Part shown: positions 57,433-64,000 of the stretch, one piece after another
Layout of the letters: every line of letters starts with the position of its first letter
Position numbering within the stretch: position 1 is the first letter of the stretch
DNA from: an uncultured Candidatus Saccharibacteria bacterium
GTDB lineage: Bacteria > Patescibacteriota > Dojkabacteria > SC72 > JAFGCJ01
Direction of reading: 5' to 3'
Assembly: GCA_964481345.1 (NCBI GenBank)
Contig: CAYZTC010000003.1
Coordinates: forward strand, 6,653 to 70,652
DNA: 64,000 nucleotides
Notes under the pieces: model-generated
Database searches by the model: none
The model's input: the letters and a program-made list of their open reading frames with translations, nothing else
What the model was told of the DNA's origin: nothing
Program-made: the position numbers and the translations under genes

Positions 57433-58089
57433 ATGAAGAAGCCTTTCAAATCAAGTAATATCCCAGTTTTTGTTGATTCTGTACCGGTATTATATCCAAA
57501 ACAAAGAAAAATTCTAAAGTTTCTGGACCAGTACATTTCTGAAAATGGATTTGCACCCACCCTTACTGAAATAAAAGATTTTCTTGGGGTAAGTGCACTT
57601 TCTACTGTTCATGAGCATTTAATTAAACTTGAGGAAAAGGGATTTTTAGAAAGAAATGATGATGACAAGAGTATTAAGCTAAAGATAATCAAGGGTGATT
57701 TTGCAGGGTCATTGATTAATGTACCACTTGTTGGAATGATTACTGCTGGTCTACCCATCGATGCTTTTGAAGAACCAGAACCAATCCCAGTACCAGTACC
57801 TGCAGATTTAGTTGGAAATAAGAGACTATTCTGTCTAAAAGTAAGGGGAGATAGTATGATTGAAAGTCTTATTTCTGATAGAGATATCGTGATTTGTGAA
57901 AGTGTGCAATACGCAAAGAATGGAGATACCGTTGTGGCTCTACTTGAGGACAATACTGCAACATTAAAAAGGTTTTTCAGAGAAAAGAATATCATACGAC
58001 TTCAACCAGCCAATCCAAACTACAAACCATTACTCGTTGATAATATAACTATCCAGGGGAAAGTTATTGGAGTGTATCGCAAGTATTAG
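57433..58089 (+). CDS. lexA: SOS repressor LexA
   Basis: GFAPTLTEI HTH, ITAG cleavage site, GDSM, TLKR; start at ATG 57433. Confidence 0.95.
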   Translation: MKKPFKSSNIPVFVDSVPVLYPKQRKILKFLDQYISENGFAPTLTEIKDFLGVSALSTVHEHLIKLEEKGFLERNDDDKSIKLKIIKGDFAGSLINVPLVGMITAGLPIDAFEEPEPIPVPVPADLVGNKRLFCLKVRGDSMIESLISDRDIVICESVQYAKNGDTVVALLEDNTATLKRFFREKNIIRLQPANPNYKPLLVDNITIQGKVIGVYRKY

Positions 58090-58703
58090 CTTATGACTGT
58101 TACGTCGGTCATTGTAATTGTCCAAAGTATCACCAGTATCATCGGCACTGCAAGTCCTACTATTACCTCTTGATATGTATGTTTTTTAAGGTATACCCTA
58201 GTCCAAGCGGTTACAAGAGGTATTGGAAAGAGTAAAAATATCCAGAAATTCCCATACATCATAAGTGCAATAAGATAAGCAAGCGTTACAGAGTAAACAT
58301 GGATGCTGATTTTAAAGAAAAGAGTTATCGTGAAAGCGATTGTAAGTGAAAAAGCAATAAAAGATAGACAGCTAGCGACTTCAACCCATCCCCAAATGTA
58401 ATTTAATAATGTCAGTACCATCATTAAAGTTAACATTGGAAAAAAGAATTTTGGTCTTTCTTCTCTTTTTGATACGTTGAAATCTGAGATCATTCCATTT
58501 TTCTTCAGTACGACTAGAAATATCACACCTATTACTAAAAAAAGAACAGTCGTCCCAAACCATATTACAAAGTTCATTACATTTTTACCTACATGTTTAT
58601 GGTATAGCATTATTGAAAATGCAATTATCATCGTTTCTGGGCTGAAAACTCTTGTAAGTATTTTTGCAATAAGAGTTACATGTTTATTGTTTGGTATGAA
58701 CAT
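58086..58703 (-). CDS. PAP2-like membrane protein
   Basis: KISIH, WTRVYLKKHT..EV. Confidence 0.7.
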   Translation of the reverse strand: MFIPNNKHVTLIAKILTRVFSPETMIIAFSIMLYHKHVGKNVMNFVIWFGTTVLFLVIGVIFLVVLKKNGMISDFNVSKREERPKFFFPMLTLMMVLTLLNYIWGWVEVASCLSFIAFSLTIAFTITLFFKISIHVYSVTLAYLIALMMYGNFWIFLLFPIPLVTAWTRVYLKKHTYQEVIVGLAVPMILVILWTITMTDVTVIS

Positions 58704-58825
58704 TTTGAGTCTCTTATTAATTCTGGATAACTGATAATACCATATGTTATTCCTTCTGTCTTAAATTTTAGTATAGGGAAATAAATTAAGTTGTGATAAA
58801 ATTGCCTAGTTTTGATTATGTTGAT

Positions 58826-59779
58826 ATGAAAAAGCAGACACGTAAGAAAATAATAAAGATCCTTCTTCAGATCGCAGTATATTGTGCTGTTGGAATCTTC
58901 ATATATCTTACTTTGAAAGACAATCTCTCTGAAATAAGGGATTTTGAGATAAGGAATGTTAGGTTGCTAATATTTACAACATTGATTTATTCTGCAAGCG
59001 TAGGGTTAAACGGATATATTTGGCACCTTATAATGAAGTTTAGTGGTGAAAATATTAAGATATTTGATTCCATAGATGTATACATTTCATCTTATATAAC
59101 AAGGTATATTCCTGGTAGTGTGTGGGCAATATTTGCACGTTCAGCGATGAACAAAAGATATAAAGTGAAAATGCTAAAGACTGCATGGGGATGGTTTGTA
59201 GAAAATCTTGGCTACCTCTTAGTGGGTGGAGTTTTCTCATTACTTGTACTTAGCTCTTTGTTTGAAAGTAATATCGTGCTTATCACAGTGATTCCTTTTG
59301 TTATAGCAATTGGGACCATTGTATATTTAAACTATGAAAAGATGGGAAAGCTATTCGATAAAATAATTAAGAGAAAGCTTTCTAGAAATGCTAATAATAA
59401 GTCCTCGGTATTATCATTAAGCCTTAATCAAAAGATAATAATTCTAGGATTGTATTTAGTTTCGTGGATTATCTACTCATTGCACTATTATCTTCTTGCA
59501 TACTCTATAACAGGCGTTACTATAGAATACCTATTTCCTCTGGTTGGTGTAAACGCCCTATCATATGTAATTGGATATATTTCAATTATCACACCTAGTG
59601 GAACTGGAGTGAGGGAAGGTGTTATGATTGCATCATTAAACCTATTGGGGCTCGTTTCGAAAGTAGAAGCTATTGTTGTTAGTATTGTAGCAAGAATAAC
59701 GTTTGTAATAGGAGAAGTAGGATATCTAGTTGTATATAAAGTGGTTTACTTTTTATATAAGAAATACGATGGAAAATAA
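58826..59779 (+). CDS. lysylphosphatidylglycerol synthase TM / flippase-like protein (UPF0104)
   Basis: RYIPGSVW, TPSGTGVREG. Confidence 0.8.
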   Translation: MKKQTRKKIIKILLQIAVYCAVGIFIYLTLKDNLSEIRDFEIRNVRLLIFTTLIYSASVGLNGYIWHLIMKFSGENIKIFDSIDVYISSYITRYIPGSVWAIFARSAMNKRYKVKMLKTAWGWFVENLGYLLVGGVFSLLVLSSLFESNIVLITVIPFVIAIGTIVYLNYEKMGKLFDKIIKRKLSRNANNKSSVLSLSLNQKIIILGLYLVSWIIYSLHYYLLAYSITGVTIEYLFPLVGVNALSYVIGYISIITPSGTGVREGVMIASLNLLGLVSKVEAIVVSIVARITFVIGEVGYLVVYKVVYFLYKKYDGK

Positions 59780-60761
59780 GGTAGATTTAACAGTAATTCT
59801 TCCGGTTTTAAATGAAGAGGAAAATATAAAGGAAATTACTGATGAGCTTGTTTCTGTACTCAAAAAACTTGGTAAAACTTATGAAGTCTTGGCAATAAAT
59901 ACCCCTGACCAGGATGACAGTTTCGAGGTGATGAAAAATGTATCTAAGAAATACCCCAGGGTTTTTCCTATAAATATGAAATTTCGAGGGGGCAAGAGAG
60001 TGTTGCAAAAGGGATATCAGTATATGCTTGGATTCATATTAGCTAAAGGAAATATTATCGTTCATATGGATTCGGATTACGAAGACGACCCTCGTGACTT
60101 ACCTCACATGATTGAGCAGCTTGATAAAGGTTTTGATCTTGTTGTTGGATGGAGAAAGAACAGAAAACATAAATTCTTTTATAGACTTACTTCTAAAATA
60201 TATAACTTGGTGTCTAGTCTTATCACTGGACTTAAAATACATGACAAAAATTGTGGTTTTAAGGCATATACGAAATCTGCGGCTAAGGCTGTAAAGCTAC
60301 ACGGCATGAACTTCAGGGGAATCCCAGGTTTGCTTCATGCAAAGGGTTATAGAGTCTCAGAGATTCCAGTAAATCATAGGGCAAGACTTGGCGGAAAAAG
60401 AAATTTTAATTTGATAAGCAGGTTTAAAGGAGGAACACTTGATTTTTTGAGTAACCTTCTGATCTCAAGATCTGGAGATATGCCTTTTAGATTTTGGGGG
60501 TTCTGGGGGATTATTTTAATATTAGTTTCGTTACTTTCATTTGGATTGTATTGCTGGTACATTGTGACCCGTATGGCCACTCTTGAGGGTGCAATTCTTG
60601 CATTAGCAGGGGGAATAATACTTTCAATAGTAGGTGTATTGTTGATTTTGACTGGTGTAATAATGGAATTTATATTACATCAATCTCCTTCATCTCTTGA
60701 TAACTACACAATACTTGAGGACCCAAAAGGTAGAGTTGTTCAAAACTCAAACACAAGGTAG
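59769..60761 (+). CDS. polyprenol-phosphate glycosyltransferase (GT2, ArnC/GtrB-like)
   Basis: ILPVLNEEEN, MDSD, HDKNCGFKAY, two C-terminal TM helices. Confidence 0.85.
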   Translation: MENKVDLTVILPVLNEEENIKEITDELVSVLKKLGKTYEVLAINTPDQDDSFEVMKNVSKKYPRVFPINMKFRGGKRVLQKGYQYMLGFILAKGNIIVHMDSDYEDDPRDLPHMIEQLDKGFDLVVGWRKNRKHKFFYRLTSKIYNLVSSLITGLKIHDKNCGFKAYTKSAAKAVKLHGMNFRGIPGLLHAKGYRVSEIPVNHRARLGGKRNFNLISRFKGGTLDFLSNLLISRSGDMPFRFWGFWGIILILVSLLSFGLYCWYIVTRMATLEGAILALAGGIILSIVGVLLILTGVIMEFILHQSPSSLDNYTILEDPKGRVVQNSNTR

Positions 60762-62413
60762 GTATATGCAATTCTTTTGATAGGTTCTATTTCTCCATTT
60801 AGATATAAACCTCTAATCCATTCAGTTTTGGGTCTTTTATTTATATCTCTTCCCATTAGTAAATCGACATCAATTACAACAGTCCCCTCTTCTACTTCTT
60901 CAAGTGGATTTACATATACTGTTGTATCGTCTGGAAGATCTTCAATATAGTCCTTCACATAGAAGTCATCCTGTGCCCAACTTAAGTTGCTGTCTAAAAG
61001 GTAATAATAGCCGTTTTGTGGTCCGCCTACTATTTCATTGAAGTATTCCAAGTAATGAGGATAGATCATTATTGTTGATAACATATACCATGTGCCTAGT
61101 AGGACAATTGGATACCTAAGTTGCCTGCTTCTGAATAACCGAACTACTAAATACGAAACACCTAAATACAGGAAAGGAAAAACCACCAAGATATACCTTA
61201 TTCCAAGATTTAAACTACTTATCATAGAAATCAGCATAAAAAAGGCTGGTACAACGAACAATATTAGTAATGGACCAATTCTAAACTTTCTGTCTATCAA
61301 ATACTTTACCCCTATTGCCATTAATGTTCCTATTCCGATCAGTATAGAAATAGGCATTTTTACCAACATTGAAAGAGGAAAATAGTACCACCATCCTGTT
61401 TTTGAGTACTGACCAAATAGAAATGTATCGTGTCCATATGCATTATGAAAGACTACATTATCTAAAAATCCATCGATGTACTCCGGGAATGGTAACCTTT
61501 TGTTTAAATAGAGGTTTTGAGCTGGTTCAATGATGGATGGAAGTAGTTTAAATATATTTTCGATATCGCTCAGATTGTTTTCTGTTTTTTGGATATTCTC
61601 ATGATTTGTAAACTGAAGTGTTTCAAATCTAAAACCATATGTTCCCCAAAGGAGGACTGTCCATGTTAAACATATGGCAAGAACGTATCCAGAAACACGT
61701 AGAAAACGGAGGAAGGCTTTAGTTTTGTTTAAATTTTTCCAAAGAATAACTGTAAGTATTATTAACCACACAACAGCAACCGGAACTACACTGTATTTTG
61801 TTATTAATCCACAGAACCCTACCAGAACAAAGGAAACTAAATGTTTAAAGTTGTCATATTTTGCATAAAGATAAAGCAAAAATGTGGCTGAAAAGACAAG
61901 TGGTACCACAAGTGCGTCAGTTGTAACCAGTCTTGCATTTGCAATTAGGTTAGAGCTTAAAAAGTATAAAAATGAAAATATTATTGCAACAGTACTTCCA
62001 AACTCATTGTTTGTCTGGCTTACAACGAAGAGTCCTGAAATAGCAAATACAAATATCATAAAGTATCTTGAATTGTTTAGAACGTTGAATACAAAATCCC
62101 TTTTACCTCCATTAATATCGACAAGTTCATCTGAAAGTTCATCTTTTGCTGCAGTTCTCCAATTATCTGAGTCAGTGGAAGGTACTACAAGCTCATCATT
62201 AAATAACTGTGGAAATGCTGAAATAACATTCCCAAGTATTGGATGATGTTTATTCAATCTATAGTCACCAGTCTCAAGCAACATTACTCCCCTTACAAGA
62301 TGTCGTGCTTCGTCTCTAGTATGGGATTTATAAGAAATGCTGTTAACGGAAAGTAAAACAAAAACAACAGCTAAAACGAGAGGAATAAATTTGCGTACTT
62401 GTTGTAAGGCCAT
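60740..62413 (-). CDS. GT-C (ArnT/PMT-like) membrane glycosyltransferase
   Basis: TRDE..H, HPIL, LVTTD, GIRY, YFNE..GG, DSNLSW. Confidence 0.8.
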   Translation of the reverse strand: MALQQVRKFIPLVLAVVFVLLSVNSISYKSHTRDEARHLVRGVMLLETGDYRLNKHHPILGNVISAFPQLFNDELVVPSTDSDNWRTAAKDELSDELVDINGGKRDFVFNVLNNSRYFMIFVFAISGLFVVSQTNNEFGSTVAIIFSFLYFLSSNLIANARLVTTDALVVPLVFSATFLLYLYAKYDNFKHLVSFVLVGFCGLITKYSVVPVAVVWLIILTVILWKNLNKTKAFLRFLRVSGYVLAICLTWTVLLWGTYGFRFETLQFTNHENIQKTENNLSDIENIFKLLPSIIEPAQNLYLNKRLPFPEYIDGFLDNVVFHNAYGHDTFLFGQYSKTGWWYYFPLSMLVKMPISILIGIGTLMAIGVKYLIDRKFRIGPLLILFVVPAFFMLISMISSLNLGIRYILVVFPFLYLGVSYLVVRLFRSRQLRYPIVLLGTWYMLSTIMIYPHYLEYFNEIVGGPQNGYYYLLDSNLSWAQDDFYVKDYIEDLPDDTTVYVNPLEEVEEGTVVIDVDLLMGRDINKRPKTEWIRGLYLNGEIEPIKRIAYTYLVFEF

Positions 62414-62419
62414 CTCAGT

Positions 62420-63217
62420 TTAAAGTTTATCAACAACCAACTCAAATTGGGAGTATGGAAACGCTCCAGTTATAATGTAGCCTTTTACGGAGTCTCCATT
62501 GAGTTTCCCAACGATAAAAAAAGGTGTACCAATTCCTCTAAAACAGTTTGCCTCATATGGGTCATTTGTTTGGCATGGGTATTTAGAGGCAAGTTGCTCA
62601 GACAAAATATTTAGATCATCCATATCTTTTTCTACCTCTTCAACAAATGCATCAGAGTCAAGACAGTCTTTAACACAACTAGAGTCAACGTCAATATCCG
62701 GAAGCAGTGCTAAAATAGATTCTTCAGTCATATTGGACTCATTGGAATCTGTATTCTCATATAAAATATCATGATACTCAAAGTACTTTTCGTTTGAGTA
62801 CTCTTCTTGTATACACTCTCCGATATATGCCTCGACATAAGCAACATCTCCATGGATTTCATAGTCTCTAAAGACATATATCATTTTTCCATCGTTGATG
62901 TAGTTTTCTTTTAGTTGAGGTAATGTTTCTTGAGAGTGTTTTTTACAAAATGGGCATTCATAGTCACTAAATTCTACGATTGCATATTCTGCCCTCTCAA
63001 TATTTCCAAGATATGGATCATCATCTATTCTTATTTCCCCTTCCATAAATAACTCTTCTGTCTCACCCTTAATATTTAGCTCATTATCTTGCTGAGAGTC
63101 ATTTTTGTTGCCTTGGGTATAGAGAAGAGTAGCAGAAACTATTATTGCAGAGAGCAATATTGCACCAGGTAGCAAGTTTACAGAAACAGACTCACTTGTT
63201 CTCTTATCTTTAGACAT
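62420..63217 (-). CDS. DsbA-family oxidoreductase
   Basis: EFSDYECPFC, GTPFF, GAFPY. Confidence 0.9.
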   Translation of the reverse strand: MSKDKRTSESVSVNLLPGAILLSAIIVSATLLYTQGNKNDSQQDNELNIKGETEELFMEGEIRIDDDPYLGNIERAEYAIVEFSDYECPFCKKHSQETLPQLKENYINDGKMIYVFRDYEIHGDVAYVEAYIGECIQEEYSNEKYFEYHDILYENTDSNESNMTEESILALLPDIDVDSSCVKDCLDSDAFVEEVEKDMDDLNILSEQLASKYPCQTNDPYEANCFRGIGTPFFIVGKLNGDSVKGYIITGAFPYSQFELVVDKL

Positions 63218-63253
63218 AGTAATTGTAACTAATTAAATATCTAGGTGATTGTA

Positions 63254-64000
63254 TCAGCGTTTTGGCTGAAATATCAAGCGATAAAGAAGTATAGATGAAA
63301 GTATAGCAAAAGCAAGACCATGAAAAAGAATAAACGTCATGAGGTTTGGTATTGAGTTGCTGAAACATAAAAGTCCCAAAATGAAAGATAGTGAATAAAC
63401 AGCAATCTGAATATTTACCACTTTGTTGAACTTTGCAATCTTGACAATGCTTGAATAAAGCATAAATACGATTGTTTGAAAAAACCACGAAATTCCAAAT
63501 AGTACACTAAGGCTTGGGATATAGAATCTTCCATACCCCATCGTTTTTAGTATCCAGCCGTTGTTGAAGTATTCAAAGATAATTACCGGAAGGTACATGA
63601 AGGTTGCTAGCAATATTCCTCTTAAAACAGTCTTTAAAAACGCCTTAAAGCTTTTCATCTTCGAGATGTTTTGACCTAGTACAACAAGTAAAAAGCTTGA
63701 GGACAAAAAGAATGGAAATTTGTATATAAATGAATAAGTTACATAAGTGTTATAAATGTTTACAGAAAGTATTTTGTTTAAAACTATCCCGTCTAAGATC
63801 CAGAATGTGTTGATGGCAAGCTGAATTAATATGTTTAGAATTATTTGTTTATTATCTGTGTTTTTTATATAGCTTTTAGGGACAATGAATAGAGTTTTTT
63901 CCCTTTTATAGATAAACACAATGGAGGAGAGAATTAGTAAGATTCCAGCGGCTATAAAAGACCAGAAAATTGTGAGGTAATCAGCTCCGTTTGAAACAAA
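63254..64000 (-). CDS. multi-pass membrane protein, 5' end beyond the window
   Basis: frame is open from 64000 to the stop at 63254; hydrophobic. Confidence 0.65.
   Translation of the reverse strand, partial: FVSNGADYLTIFWSFIAAGILLILSSIVFIYKREKTLFIVPKSYIKNTDNKQIILNILIQLAINTFWILDGIVLNKILSVNIYNTYVTYSFIYKFPFFLSSSFLLVVLGQNISKMKSFKAFLKTVLRGILLATFMYLPVIIFEYFNNGWILKTMGYGRFYIPSLSVLFGISWFFQTIVFMLYSSIVKIAKFNKVVNIQIAVYSLSFILGLLCFSNSIPNLMTFILFHGLAFAILSSILLYRLIFQPKR

Noticed and set aside
894-63488. Short antisense or nested ORFs in the track (e.g. 16136-16594, 24927-25454, 52218-52718)
   Set aside because: Shadows of well-supported genes on the other strand or frame

Overview
AT-rich bacterial chromosome segment using genetic code 11 (TGA ends murD and murE). 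Gene content and style point to a CPR/Patescibacteria genome, possibly Dojkabacteria/WS6; this placement is inferred, not searched. Housekeeping content: murA-murD-murE-murB, rmuC, trxB/trx, iscS/iscU, dnaE, pepF, mnmA, gpmI, rplS, rnhB, dus, folD, nth, lexA, and tRNA-Pro(TGG), tRNA-Gly(TCC), tRNA-Lys(TTT). Many genes look leaderless (-10 box 6-8 nt before the start codon). Top candidates for an undescribed system: (1) a five-gene cluster at 49141-54360 with three secreted proteins sharing a pilin/WxL-like C-terminal domain and two membrane-anchored DUF916/chaperone-like proteins, suggesting an usher-less, sortase-less surface fibre; (2) a NYN RNase locus at 42935-43832 with a convergent ~55-nt RNA under a near-consensus promoter, a perfect palindrome over the NYN start codon and a small CxxC protein. 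Also seen: a ~650-bp islet bounded by a duplicated tRNA-Lys 3' end, twin SD-led micro-ORFs, REP/REPIN-like palindrome families (one apparently in frame in rplS), a frameshifted queH, a stop-interrupted gene beside a Nudix gene, and a TTCGG-N6-TTCGG box at lexA. No CRISPR array, rRNA, transposase, integrase or reverse transcriptase was seen. All protein calls come from motif recognition by eye.
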